This document shows positions 1-13,943 of a stretch of 64,000 nucleotides of DNA, one piece after another (position 1 is the stretch's first letter; each line of letters starts with the position of its first letter). The stretch comes from Bispira polyomma (Eukaryota): assembly GCA_965649765.1 (NCBI GenBank), contig OZ287752.1, forward strand, positions 18,848,001-18,912,000, read 5' to 3'. The translations under genes and the position numbers were made by a program. The notes under the pieces are model-generated. The model saw only the letters and a list, made by a program, of their open reading frames with translations, made no database searches and was not told the DNA's origin.

Positions 1-1069
1 AAATAATAAAAAATGTCCTAACTATTTGATAATTATTCTAGAAGTAAAATAGTTTCTTCAAATTTTCAAAATCAAAGTGGACATTAATTTGAACATGTCT
101 CTCGTATTTTTACTACGTTTCATGATAATAACAAATATATACCAATGAAATTATTATAAATTATATAATTGGCTATGTGTAGCCGAAGTTGCTAAAAATT
201 GTGACAGTATAAAGCTAAAAAAATATTTTTGCGTCATATTTCGGGTTAACAATGAATAAAATTGCTTTAAAATATTTGTTTTTGTTTAACGCGGACCGAA
301 TTATTGGATATAATTATCAAGGACTGGTTTTAAAATAAATGTCAGTGGAATTTTACTTTACATTTGTTTTATTGTATTTATTTGTCTTATAATTCCAATT
401 AATGTCTGTTGTAATCAATGTTCATGGGTGTACAACCACATACTTAATGGAAAGATGATAGCTTTTCTGTTATAAGTGCCATTTCACATTTACAACTATT
501 TTCTCAAAGCAAACAACTCTGTCCTTGCCATGTGTACATCAATAAAATGAAAGCCTTGTCAAGGACTGAAAACTCGGTCTAGGTTTGTTGGTGTTATTCC
601 TGTAACTTTTCCATGTAAATCGTACACTTTATATTATTTAAGACGTCATTTGTGTCATATTTCTTACTTTATAGATATATCTACATTTGGTAGCATTTTT
701 GCCCTTACAATCACGGAATGTGTCACTTGAGCTATGATATCATATGACACTACATACTAAAACTAGGAGCAATCACCCAACTCTCAGGAATCGTTGTAGT
801 ATAGACATCTATTAAGAAGCTAGTTAGCCACAGTGATGGTCTTGTATCAAACGTTATGCCACAATACAATTACTTGTTTCAGATTCTGTTTCAGATTCTA
901 TTCCACACAAAATAATACTTCATTTGCTACAGTCCATGAACAGATGACGTTTTCGGGTGGTGGCCCACAATTTTGTGACGTTACCAACATCTTCTGACAA
1001 TATATCACTTTGCCATAACTAGAGGTCCATGTGAGTTTAAATATTTGCAAACCCTTTGCACTCAGCGGG

Positions 1070-3860
1070 TAAATAAATTGTCCTAGGCTCTGGGACTAAT
1101 AATGTGATGTCAGCTTTGAGAAAATATGGCCTAAAAGGCAGGGTAGGCGAGTTCGAAAAAGTTGGGTTTTAGCTTTTTCTAAAAACCATAAAATGATTCA
1201 AGTGATGTAAGCTCAACAGGGAGAAAGTTCCACAACATAGGGGCAGCAATAGAGAGAGCTCAAGATCCAGTGTTCTAGGTTTTACAAAGGAATCATAAAG
1301 ACTCTTTCCCCTTCTGAGGTTACTAACGGCAAGGTGAGCAGCAAGGTAGGACGGCTGTGGAGAGATAACAGCTTTAAAAGTAGTTACTTGAATAAGGACA
1401 TTAAATAGCAAGCCAATGTAGTTTTCGAGGTATGGAGACACATCAGTACAGATCCCAAGTCGAAAATTTACCCGACAGATAGTTTTCAATATACTGCAAC
1501 TTGTTTATATGACACTTTTTGATTCCAATCATAAGGAAATCACAGTAGTCCAGACGGCTACAGTTAGCCACAGTGTCAGTATCCAGAAACAAGTGATTTA
1601 AGATTTTTTCTTAATATCATGAATTTGATAGTAACAAGAGCGACTAATATTACTGATGTGTGTGCCAAATGAGAAAGCAGAGTCAATGATTACACCAAGG
1701 TTATTAACACTACAGGTTGCTGTATATAATTGCCCAGTAGCGGGGAATAATGATCTGAAGTACTTACTGAAAATGATAATAAATGCAGTTTTGTGAGGAT
1801 TTAATTACCATTTCGAGTACATCATCTAAGCCTGTACTAAGAAGAGACAGTCAGCAACTCAGATTTTGTAGGTGTTTAGTGGGTTGCAAAAGAGTTAAAT
1901 TTGAGTGTCATCAGCATACATATGGTGTTTAACGTTGTGATGGTTGATAAGTGTCCTGAGAGGATAACTATAGAGTGTAAAAAGTAGCGGCCCGAGAACC
2001 AACCCCTGTAGCACTTCAAAATGCAGGCTAAATGAGGATAAACACAGATCATCCAGTTTGATTTTCTGTTTTCTGGAAGTCAGATAAGATCTTATCCATC
2101 TAGGACTATGCCATTTAGTCCAAACCTCTGTTTAAAGTGGATGGTATTAAATGCTGCTGAGAGATCTTGAAGGGTTCTATAATGATTTAAGGCCAGGTTA
2201 ATGTCATTACTGATGGAGAGGAAGGCATTTTCGTTGAAGTGAAACTTGCTGGTGGTAGTTTTAAAACAAGAGGGAGAAATACCATCTTGAAGTTAAGAGA
2301 TAATAATGTATGTAATGATATCCAGGCATTCAGTGAGAATAATGACAAGGATAGGATCCAGTTCACAGGATTTGATAGAAAAGGATTTTATGACTTTAAG
2401 AACATCATTCTTAGAAAGTGTGTGAATTAGGTTGATTTGGTGCGATGCCATATTTACTTAAGTTGATATTTATACAATTTGTCTGGGTTGGTCTATTTAT
2501 GGGGGTCAGAAAGTAAAAGGGTTTTGTAAACTCATGGAGCGTGACTGTCTAGTAGTGTAGATAAAGTATGAGTATATTGTAGTCTGTATTTTTGCATGGG
2601 TGTTCAATGAGGTAAGATGCAAGAATGTCATCCCAAAATTTATCAATCTTTATCAGCAAAAGTGTCAGTGACCCAGACAACAGTAATGAGTTGTGACACG
2701 GGTTGGGCAATGATGGTTGGGTAATGAATGGGTTCGGCGTCGAGGGTGTGGTTATGAAGATGGGTAGTACATGAAACAAACTGTGTAAACCTAAAAATGT
2801 CTAAGAGGCCGTTGAAGTCTTTGGTGATTGTGTTATTAATATTATCTGTAATGTTAAAATATCCTAGTATAATAACTTCTAAAGGAATTTTTTTTTTTAA
2901 TTAGAATATTTAACGTCCACTCTAGTACCTGTTTAGGTTATATTGGGATGGGTAGTTGGAAATGCTGGAGGAAACACTGCACACAGTTGATCAAGGTTCT
3001 GCACTGAAACCAGCTGCCCACAGTAAGAAACTACCACCTTTGCCACATAGGCATCGACAAGATCGGGATTCTCACTCACGCCGCCCAGAGGTGAGAGACC
3101 AGTGATTGTGAAGCACAATGCTTGCTAAACACTAGGCCACCGCAGCCCCCAACTTCTAAAGGAAGGAGGTAGATGGTTTTAAGGAAGTTTGAGAAATCTA
3201 TAGTGAAAGCTGTCAAATAAGGACTTAGAGGTCGGTAGAGGGACGAAATGATTGAGAGCTATTTTAAATTTTGCAGTATATGTTTTCACAAGAGGGAGAG
3301 GGTTGCCAACTTTAACTTCACATCCGCACCTATCAGGCCTAGGATGGTGGCGCAGTTTGTAGCCCGGAGGCATTATTTCTCCAAGAATGAGAATATACAC
3401 TTGATGCTTAGCCAGGTCTCAGAGATGAAAGTCGCATCAAGCCACTTTGTTAAGGATTAATCGGGCATTAAAAATGTCTATTTTTAGATTAGTTGGGACC
3501 GCCACAGGGTTAATGTGTACATCACCGCAGAGAGAAGTGAGTAGACTAATTCAAGGAGAGTTGGGCGACGGTGAAAGTGAATTTTGAAAGTAAAAAAGAC
3601 ACTATTATAAGGATAGTACAAAGACCTACATACTGTATTTTCGGTTGGGTAGAGTTGTTGGCAAGTGAATATGGAATTTCAAGATAGAATTTGAGTGGCA
3701 GCCAGGATAATAAAGCAGCGGAGCACTATTTTGAGCATACTTAAACTGAAAAAGTTGTGTAAAACGGTAGAGAACAGTGATATGGACCAGGAAAAGGTTA
3801 TTTCTAAAACGAAAAACGAGTGAAGGTGTTATTCCATTAAAATAATTCCTGAACTCAACC
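1070..3860 (-). mobile_element. Degenerate L2/CR1-group LINE (endonuclease + RT remnants, 3' end near 1100), interrupted by a SINE
   Basis: Minus strand gives ETWL endonuclease motif near 3410-3425, MYADDTQ RT motif at ~1900-1925 and an FRKKLKT-like C-terminus at ~1150-1185; many stops and frameshifts. Boundaries approximate. Confidence 0.7.
2888..3150 (-). mobile_element. Full-length tRNA-derived SINE (MetaSINE-like 3' half) with 14-bp TSD
   Basis: Minus-strand head GGGGGCTGCGGTGGCCTAGTG (A box), 3' AGTGGACGTTAAA and poly(A). Direct repeat AACTTCTAAAGGAA at 2874-2887 and 3151-3164. Second copy at 32329-32500. Confidence 0.9.
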
Positions 3861-5197
3861 ATCAGTTAACAAACTAATCTTCCAAATGGTGTGGTTAATA
3901 AATTTCTGTGTTTGTATTGCTTCACAGCTAGCAAGTAATTTATGGTTTTATATATCCAAATACTGAAAGTGATTGCATGGTTCATATTTTAAAGCACTAT
4001 TCAATATCCCATGATTCTTTAAGTTGTTACTAAATAAATTTTGGATCATTAAATTTCCCTGGCATGTTTCAAAATTGTTTATAGAGAGTCCACTAAAACC
4101 ACTAAAATGTATTGTTTAAGGAATGACATATCTCATTTCTGAGCTGCATATCAGTGCATTTCTATTAATTAATTCAATTAATGACCTCCTTTAATAAAAT
4201 AGTTGGTTCAAATTTATTGGTACATCATATTTAGTAACTTTCAAATTTATATTACATTTATTCATCAAAATCATTATATAAAATTATGTGAACATAAAAA
4301 AATTATCGCCTCAATTATATTTATTTAGGTATATATTATATATAATTGGTGTATTTGGAAAATTCGGGATGACTTTGTACAACACTTAAAAATACAATTT
4401 GTTAGTGTCACCTTAGGTTTTAGGTATTTAAGTCAGAGAATTGCCTCGAATAAGGAGTTTCTTTACATGTATTTCAAAGAAACTGCTAAATCTCGACAAT
4501 TCTCCTACACATATTGAATTAATATAACCATTTGAATTTTTAGGTTTCTTGCGAAAAATACATTAAAATAAAAAATATTAATCAAGGCTGAGTGTTAATA
4601 TTTATATGGTAAAATGTGAAGTGGTGGTGATATTTGGGGTGTTTAATAGGCCACATTAAAATACTAGTGGACCGATCATAAATGTGGTGATAATCACTGC
4701 AATAGTCTAAGGAAGTCTAAAATCTGAGAAGAAGTCTGAGGATATTAGAAACTGTAGATACAGCCATTTGATCAAACGATAGAACAAATTTTACTTGCTT
4801 TCTTTCTGTATCAAGTGTAACTTCTGATCTAGCATATTTTGGGATACATGCCTTCACAAAACCTCCATGACAATGTTTGAACATTTATACAAAAACAAGT
4901 AACCTAACCATACTATATAGACATGTTGTTTTATCGGTCCGTAAACAAAAGTTGTTCATGAAGTATCTATATAGCTACAGCCATTTGATGAAAAGATAAA
5001 AAAAATCTTATTGTTTTGGTTTTTGTATCAAAGTGAACTTCGAAGCCTTCACTAGATATATGTCTCAAAGCTCAGCCAGTATAATAAAATAGCAACACAA
5101 ATAAAACTGTTAAACCTTCCAACTATTTACATTACAACAACAACCAAATGTCATCACTGTACTGTACATCTAACTTTTTGGTATTTTATGCACTTAC

Positions 5198-5557
5198 CTG
5201 GAATAATCACATTCACAATATATGAAAAACTTGTTGAACCTCCCACTGGAGCACAGGTGTACAACATTCCATCACTGTACTGTATGTCTTTAATTCTCAA
5301 GGCCATGGTGTCTATGTCATACTGGTACTTGTCTAAACTGTGACCATTGCGATAACTCACATCTTCTGTATCCACATTTTCTGTATCCACATAAACTCTC
5401 ACAATAGCTTGTGTGCCAACTGGGTTGTCTCCTTTGTACCAATACAGATATGTGGCATCATCAGGGAAAGGCTTCTCAGTGGAGCCACAAGGAATTATGG
5501 CAGTAGTTGTTACAGCAGCAAACTCGGTAAAATCCTCTTCACACACCACTTGTAAAA
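5198..5557 (-). CDS. V-set Ig exon, probable first ectodomain exon of a third receptor gene (copy C) running leftwards
   Basis: 360-bp open phase 1-1 exon with AG/GT sites. IIPC...LYWYK...LRIKDIQYSDGMLYTC V-set pattern. No further exon recognised in 1-5197. Confidence 0.75.
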
Positions 5558-6499
5558 CTGAAATATCAACTAACAATATAATTTCACATTGAAATAAGTT
5601 AAAGTTTAATGTCATTTGAATTATTGGATGTTACCGATTGCTTAGAGTGAATTACAAAAGTTGTGATAAGAGAAATTATTAGAAAATAATTAAAATATTT
5701 CATACTCACACAATATTTGTATAATTCCGTAAAATATAATACAATTCATGATCCCTTTCATTATGATAAAGGGAATTTGTTATAAACATTGAACAAGTAT
5801 ATTATATACATCCGTAAGATGTCTAAATATTATTTTAATGATAGACTAATAAAGTGGAAGGTAAACAACTTATTACATCCCTGTACTACGAAAAAGTACA
5901 TAAATAGGAAGGAGTACTGAAAGAAATGTGTATATATCTCTATATATGTGTATATAACGACTAAAAGAGAATATAGAAGGAAGTTTAAAGTGATATTATT
6001 GACATACCAATGGAGTTTACACTTAAAACTTGGCAGACAAACAAATAGACTCTTAATAAGTCACTTCATAATGTGGAAAGAACTTTGCATCATGTTTATT
6101 AATATTAATGCATTATTAGTGACTTTATCTACCAGGGTCCATATTTATATTCTGATTTGTTCATTAACTACAACCTAACACATACATCAGAATATGTGAG
6201 AATAGTGTCTCAAATGAAAAAAATAAACATTTGTGAAAAAATTAACTATAAAAGTAAAACATAATTTAATTATTTCACTTGATCAAGTTATGGTTAGTGT
6301 GGTGGCTTCTTAAGGCCACTTTAAATTTGATTTAAGGCAACTTTAGTCCATTAGTATATTGAAGTGCCCAGTACTCTATATAGCAAGTAGTACAAAACTA
6401 AATATAAGAGATTACCTCATGCTGAGTCTCAATACCTTATTTAATCTTCTGTGATAATATTACAATAGATAACTTAAAATATTTAATCAATACATTCGA

Positions 6500-6745
6500 T
6501 ACACCAGCCTTGTTTTCGGATAGTTTTTGAAATAATTCAATCTCAGCTTCCTCAGAAATACTAGCGATGCTGCGACATATGGCGCAAAGACTAACACATA
6601 TTAGCAGCCAGGTACCCATTTACACACATGGGGGGGGACTTTGTGTGAAGTACCTTGTCGAAGGATACAATCTCCAGGCCAGCAACTAGGATAGAACCTA
6701 GTCTGTCAGGTACAAAGTCAGACACTCTAACCACTAGGCTACAAA
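6500..6745 (-). mobile_element. CORE-type tRNA-SINE remnant
   Basis: Minus-strand TGTAGCCTAGTGGTTAGAGTGTCTGACT head, then GTATCCTTCGACAAGGTACTTCAC and AAATGGGTACCTGG core-like motifs. Confidence 0.65.
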
Positions 6746-7470
6746 GACTACCATGACAGAGTAATTAGTGACTTTGGACAATCATTTATATAACAGGTTT
6801 TGTACTGGATAACAAATATAAAAATGTCATTGTCAATGCTCGTAACCTAGTTAGGGCTCACAATAAATATAAATTGTGGAAACTAAAATGTATTTGCTTA
6901 CCCATTTAAAGTTAGGCTTGTCAGAATTTCTGTTCGTTGGTTACTATAACAGTCTACTAATGTAGTGGCTAATCCTGTGTGTCATTAATTTGGCAATGAA
7001 ATTTTACAGGAGGCTATATGTGGCCCATTGTCATACATCACAAATCATTGCCAGAGAGGAGACCAATTCAGACCACAAATTGTCAACCTTTTATGGCATT
7101 TGGATCAGGCAATGTGAGTAAAGATGTGTACTTTGTCAAATAGTTTAAACTCTATAAGAATTTTTCTAAGAATAATTTTAAGTATAAAAATTATTCTAAA
7201 TATAGGAACTTCAGTGAATACCAAAAATTCTTATTCTAATTATAAGAACTTTAGTACATAACAAGGAGACCATTGACAGCTAGTGTTGCTATGCTGTGCT
7301 GACTGCACCTATTTGCCTGTATATAATGCAGCACCTTGAACTGGTCTGTGTAATGACACACAGTAATAAAGGTATAACATATGCGTTGATTGATACAACT
7401 ATATTACATAAAGTATGAGATATTACACAATAAGCTACACATAAAACAATGTCACCTAACAGTGCATTAC

Positions 7471-7523
7471 CTGAGTACACTGTATTATATTAAAACAAGT
7501 ACAATTTTCTTGCAGCAGTTCAT
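7471..7523 (-). pseudogene. Possible signal-peptide exon of copy C, apparently frameshifted
   Basis: ATG + MNCCKKIVLVLI then TAA; CAG|GTAATG donor. 53 nt is one base off the phase-1 junction needed to join exon 5198-5557. Confidence 0.3.
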
Positions 7524-8092
7524 CCAATTGTTGGAGGTCAAGCAGTCAAGGTCATGTGAAAGGTCATATTTAGTGTATGAAGTGTGAAAGATTTAGTAAA
7601 ACTATAGGTTTGAGAGTTTATTTTTGTACAAATTAGCACATAGTATGCAGTATAAAGAGGGTTAAAATAGTAAATTTTTAAATTTTTAACACCCATAACA
7701 GTTCATATAAACATACATAAAACGTATCAATAATAATTACTGAACATCCAGAACAGTGAAACATAAATAGTTTCCAGCTATCTAATTAAGTATTCATTTC
7801 GGACTAGCTGTATGAGTAGTTATTATTAAAATCAGTGTAAAAAAGGTCTAGATCCCTCACTGAGACAATATTTTAGTTGTATTTTTAAATCCAAGTCTGC
7901 TTCACAAACAATATTTGAAAGCCACCTACTTGACCAGTACATTAATACTGCAACATTTTCTTCTATCTTCCGGACAAGATTTCCAAGCTATGTACTTGGC
8001 CAGTACACAAGTACTAGCGATATGACAGAACATTTCAACATTTAACATTTTATGACATCTTTAGCTTTCTTATCCATACACTGCTAGGAAAG

Positions 8093-8226
8093 CCGGGGTG
8101 ACAGGCCGAGTCCTGCAGCACCGAATCGCCTAGCGGAAAGTTCTGGTGCCCAGAGCTCTTATTCGACCCTGGTCCCCAAGTGTGAACTCAGGGGAGGTTT
8201 AGGAACCAGAACTCTCCACAAAAAAA
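8093..8226 (-). other. GC-rich candidate structured RNA motif, copy 1 (three-way junction)
   Basis: Homologous to 31950-32080 (+). Three helices whose plus-strand A-C mismatches become G-U pairs on the minus strand. Confidence 0.5.
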
Positions 8227-11200
8227 CGGGTAGCTCGCCCCGGCGACCAACAGTATATAAATAATTAAGTGAACATTTACCATTCATAAGAACCTTCAAG
8301 GTACGATATATGTGACCTGCTGTTGCCCCAAAGACGCGCTCGTACAAAATACATTAAAAAAATTGTGAACCAAAATGGTTCAAAGAACATCCTCATGTAC
8401 ATCTGCAGGTTACATAGTCTATTTTGGTTGTGGTAAAAGGGATGTGGTTCGGTAAATTTGTAGTGTTATTCCTTCAAAGCCCTGTTTCAATATGGCATTT
8501 TAAAAGGTGGAAAAAGTATTGTCCCCTCGAACAAAGAGAATGGCTATGTGCGTGGGTGGATGGGTGGATGGACAGAGCCAATCTTGGTCAGCTCATCCCC
8601 AGGGGTTAAGGTGGTTCTATACTTATTTGCAATTGTGAAGAACTCAAGTATCAGACTGTTTGTGGTAGTGATTGCTAAACTTATAACTTAAATACCCAAT
8701 ATAAAACTCCTTACAATACTTGGGGGTGTGTGAATATGCACCCATATAAATGATTTCAAATTGCAATACATGAATTTCCATGACAAAGGCATTACCACAG
8801 CTGTCCACTAAACTCAGATACTGCTAACCCGTCTAGTTAACTCATACACTGAGCAATGGTCCACCATTTTCATATTGGTATTTGTCTGTTAACTAGCTCC
8901 TAGCCATAAAATACATTTGAGGAATTCATATAGACTTCCATGTAAAAATTGCGGTACAAACATATTTAAGAAAAACTACTCGGTAAAAAAGTTTGAATGA
9001 AAGGTGAATGATGTTTAAAGTACAGTTGATATTAATCAATTTTTCGAACATGTTATGAAAACAATGAACTGCTTTCCATTCTTATTATGACTTGAATAAG
9101 TATCAATGTGTACAAAGTTTTTTGAGGGATGCATACTTCGATCATATAATTACAACATCCCAAAATATTAAGGTTATACTAATGTTAATAGAACAAGAAA
9201 GATGTTATATTTTGGATGACCTATTGATTTTTGTTCACCATGAGGAAAATGTGATCTTTCTAAAATTTTACACAAATAAATGGTAATTATTTTAAGTTAG
9301 TGCAAAAGACAGAGAAACACTGAGAAAAATTATATGTCAAATCCATGATAAAGTCAATTTTGATTGAATAGACAGGGAAATTTGCCGTGGCATCAATATT
9401 GTCCCACATTTACACCTTCCCACCTAAATATTATAAGTGTTCCCCCCAGATCTCATCACTATATTTCACTGTAGTTTATCTGCATCACAACGCGTAACAC
9501 TTATTACATTTTATGTTACTGCCATAGATCATATCTTGAGTCCAAATGTATCAGTCACATAATGTCCATGTACATCATAGGAGTGTTGTTTACATAACCA
9601 AGAGTTTGTTGTGCCCCCTCCCCTTCCATAAGTGCAAATATATGGCAAGTTTCAAGTTAGCAGCATATGATATTTGCTAGTCATTCTCCCTACACAGTCT
9701 CTCAGACATAGGAATTTCCGCTGTCAGTCTCACAATCAATTAAACAATATATCACTCATTGTAGCTGAACCAATAACCAACCTTGTTTTAACCATTTTTA
9801 CAGTTACACTAACCTACCTTATCTTGCGAAGATAAGAACTCTTTCTTATATGATTACAAGACTACAAGTCACATGCAAAGATAGAGCTCTTACAAGTTAA
9901 GACTGACATTCACCTTAAGTTTGGGTATTATCACCATATGAGTTTGGTAAATGTTGACCCTGTCTTTAAGGCCACAATATTATGATCTACCCATACCATA
10001 ATTTATGGTTGGCCAACTCCACAACATGTCACTTGTGTGTATTGACAGGTTGCTCAGAAACATCCTCATCAACTTATGCATGTTGTGTGGGAAACGTCAT
10101 CCCTACCCAGGACAATGGTCACAGCTGCATGTGCCACAATTGTAAGCATGCAGGGACACTAACCAGGGAGCAATAAATCAAAATTGAATACAAGAACATA
10201 ATCTTGAAATGGACGTGATTGAGCTAAATTTGGCACATTATACAAAAACTATTATTTGAAAGCCATATATTGTTTATCCAAATATGGTTATAATTGCGCT
10301 AACTTTATAAGTAACGTCATTGGCTGATTTACCGAAGACTGTGAGTAGGATAATGCCATAGTACTTGATCCTAACACAGTTTGACTAATTAAGAACTAAT
10401 CTGTCATCATATAACGTGATAATATGGATATACTTTGTTGTTCATTGCATGCGTAAATACTCATCTGATTAAATGTTATTTTCTTCTACCCAAAACTTAA
10501 TTATGTGGCACATATGTAAGTGATAGCTTTGTCAATAAAATTACACTCCTAAAATAACATCCTGCTTACATTCCCCAAAAAATCTGGTATTTAAAATGCA
10601 AAAATTGGAAAACATAAAATCATATTTTTGTTTAGGACAAATATAAATAAAAGATATGTAAAAATGTAACTTTATGTCAATTTTACACTTAAATTTGAAG
10701 TTATATTGTAAAAAAAACATAAAAAGCAGTAGAGTTTTGGTTTGTATCAGCACATTATTTGGTTGGGATTGGTTTTTTGATGCATCGACTGAGTGGGCGA
10801 TAATTGATGCAGTTCACAGACACTGACTCACAGCTTTACCATGTACCCACAAACCATGTGCAAACGGGACCTACCAATAAACCCTGCTCAACTTACACAG
10901 CATGTATTTTTGTTAACAAATTTATTAGTTTCTCGAACATTTAACGGAACTGGTTACATTTGTCTCACAATCCCTCCCAATAATGAAAATGTCCATCTTG
11001 ATGCTTGTCTCACTGGTGTAGCTATATATAGGAAATAGGGGTATGTCAGGTGATGTTATTAGATAAGACATACTATAGAGCAAGCAATTCTTAAGGGGAG
11101 TACTTCAAAATGTTTTACTACATCATATATGGAATGTCATAAGTTTGATGAAACCAAACCTTAGTGAAACATTTAAGACATCTATCAAGGATATGTACAA

Positions 11201-11552
11201 TGTAAAAGTTATTGATTACAATTTCATATAACACCTAAATAGGCTCAAAACAATAAGGATCAAGATAATCAAGTATTTTTTTATCCATACATATCACTAT
11301 TTTATCAATGATCATTCTCTTAACCTATACATATTCAATTTCACAATATATGTAGCATAACTTGCAAATATACCTTTCAAGCAGAATGTCTTTGCCAGCA
11401 TACACATTTTAAACTAAATTATTATCTAATAGATTATAGTTTTGTTTTAAGATAAATACATACATGAGGAAATATACCCCATCCATTAACCAAGTAAAAG
11501 TCCATTTCAAAACACCATTTAAATTAGATTGCAGTTTACAAAACATTGATAT

Positions 11553-11741
11553 TCATGGCCTGATGTTTGCATATGGTTTCTGAATTAGCGGATCTGCCAC
11601 ATTCTCATATGTAGATATATGTCTGCTTTTGCCTCAGCTCTATAAGTAGATTTATCCAGTGCGTCAAGCTTGTTTAGAAGTGAACTGAAGCTGGGTCTCT
11701 GTTCAGGGTTATATTCCCAGCATGCTGTCATCAGCTCGTAT
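11553..11741 (-). pseudogene. Copy B terminal kinase exon, frameshifted
   Basis: YELMTACWEYNPEQRPSFS matches 45401-45596; 2-bp AT insertion near 11616 shifts the tail. Confidence 0.9.
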
Positions 11742-12224
11742 CTTAATAAATATAAAAGGCCAACAGAAACATAAAATCCATGTACATTAGTTTTCTTTGT
11801 TATGTAGCATTATGCAATGGGGTTTATGGTAGTTTACTAATAGTAATTAAGAATTTAATTTAATTTAAAATGAATAATTTGATGCTAAAGTTAATTCTTT
11901 CCAAAGTGTAATGTTAGTAGTTGAGATGACCAGTAACAGATTTCAGATTATCCACATCTTGACACTTTAAGCTGGGCATAAGATGTATCAAATACTGTGG
12001 TAGTGTTCATATTTACTATCATAGTAAACAAAATTGTGGATTGATGGATTAATATTGATGTACAAGTTAAACAATTTTGCAAGCATTTAACCTTTGTATA
12101 TTTATATGTTAGTTGGTTTTTTTTTAATAAAACCAAAAAGTTTGATATTTTAATATATTCATGGTCACTTCACCTTAAACTGAATCACTGAACAACCTAC
12201 TCCACTATAATGATAAATATAAAT

Positions 12225-13262
12225 ACTTTTAAATTTGGCTACCCTTATTTGACCTTCAAGAAATGGCCCATGTCAAACCTGACCACATCAGAAGACTCTC
12301 AGCCCATGATTTTCTATAGGTTGGTGTCACATCTCAAAACTGCAGGACCAATAACAAGCGAGTTATAAGCACTTTTAAATTTGGCTACGCTTATTTGACC
12401 TTCAAGAAGGGCCCAAGGTCAAACCTGACCACATCAGAAGACTCCTAGCCCATGATTTCCTATAGGTTGTTTTCACATCCCAAAACTGTAGAACCAATAA
12501 TAAGCGAGTTTTAAGCACTTTTAAGTTTAACTACCCTCGTCTGACCTTGAAGGAGGGGCCCAAGGTCAAATCTGACTACATCAGAAGAGTCATAGCCCAT
12601 GATTTCTTATATGTTGGTTTCACATCTCAAACCTGTAGGACCAATAATAAGCGAGTTCTAAGCACTTTTAAGTTTAACTCCCTACGTCTGACCTTGAAGG
12701 AGGGGCCCAAGGTCAAATCTGACCACATCAGTAGAGTCCTAGCCCATGATTATCTATAAGTTGGTTTTACATTGCAAACCTCTAGGACCCATAATAAGCG
12801 AGTTCTAAGCACTTTTAGGTTTCGTTATCCTCGTTTGAACTTGAAAGAGGGGCCCAAGGTCAAACCTGACCACATCAGAAGACCTTAAATGAACTCTGTG
12901 GATGACCTTTAATGAAGAGCTTCAAAGTCAAATGTCTGCATGCTTGTAGAGGACATATATATCTGTTATACATATCACCTATGAAGAGATTCAACCTTCT
13001 ACTTACGAGAACTAGCCAGTAGAAAAAGATAGATAATTTTCAAAGAAATGCCCATGGCGGCCATCTTGTTTTTAAGAATGAGGCTAATTTCAGTCGCAGA
13101 GGTGTTTACATCCCAATGAAGATATCCTGCAAATTTCGCTAAGCTAGCTGATCTAGTTTTCCGCTGAGAGTGTTAACGGTGAAAATCTCTTTACGGCGGC
13201 GGCGGCGGCGGCGGCGTAGCCAAAGCTAAACCAAAGTATCCACCTCATCGGTGGATACAATT
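12225..13262 (+). mobile_element. Helentron/HINE-like non-autonomous element: ~4.5 x 147-bp tandem array, (GGC)n microsatellite, terminal palindrome
   Basis: GAC(C/T)ACATCAG recurs at 12281, 12427, 12574, 12721, 12868; (GGC)n at ~13195-13215; hairpin GTATCCACC-TCATC-GGTGGATAC at ~13237-13258. Absent from the equivalent copy A intron. Confidence 0.75.
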
Positions 13263-13495
13263 AATTGCTATTGTTTCACACATATGGAAAATGTTATTCT
13301 GAATAGACTTTTACATGGGTCAGAAAAACTGGCTCAAGGCCATTACTGATTATATGTCAAACACATGTCCTCTTTTGTTATAATGGTTTCCTAAACCTCT
13401 CGAACAATATAGCTATCATGGTAACTGATGACATGAAAATCACGGCTTATATATCTGTGTTAATTATAATACCATATCATTTAGAAATTACTTAC

Positions 13496-13592
13496 ATATT
13501 TACAGGGCAATCATTCGGTTTCTTGAGTGTCTTAGCATTTCTAACATATGCTTTGATATCTTCCTCCATCATGCCATCATATGGGACACCAC
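13496..13592 (-). pseudogene. Copy B kinase exon (GGVPYDGMMEEDIK...KKPNDCP)
   Basis: 97 bp, homologous to 46443-46539, splice sites intact. Confidence 0.9.
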
Positions 13593-13695
13593 CTGGTAAT
13601 AAATTAAGTAAAAAACATTGCAGAAGATATTTAGAAGTGTATCACAGATAACTATCTTTTATGGTAAAAGTTAAGAAATATACATACATATTTAC

Positions 13696-13806
13696 CTATG
13701 GAATAAATCTCATATTGTAGAATTCCAAAAGCCCAAATATCAGATGCTCTTGAATGAGCTCTACAATCTCCAATTACTTCAGGTACTTTCCACTGTATTG
13801 CTCCAG
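13696..13806 (-). pseudogene. Copy B kinase exon (QWKVPE...[12 protein letters not shown]), acceptor destroyed
   Basis: Homologous to 46679-46793; a small deletion removes the AG acceptor. Confidence 0.88.
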
Positions 13807-13943
13807 TGGTTAAATAAAAAGTATACACAAATAACTGAATTATTAATTGTACTGTACAGAATATATAAATAATGTATCATTAAGTAAGACAGCTGTTAAT
13901 ATATTGACCATGTATAAGTGTATTTTAGTTAAACTCATATAAA

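Noticed and set aside
6437-6619. ORF MGTWLLICVSLCAIC resembling a signal peptide for the 5198 exon
   Set aside because: It starts in the AAATGGGTACCTGG core of a SINE and has no suitable donor.
12225-12885. Regular repeats and ORF 12547-12759 suggesting a CRISPR array or repeat protein
   Set aside because: Full-length tandem units with no unique spacers, in eukaryotic intron context; the ORF is incidental.
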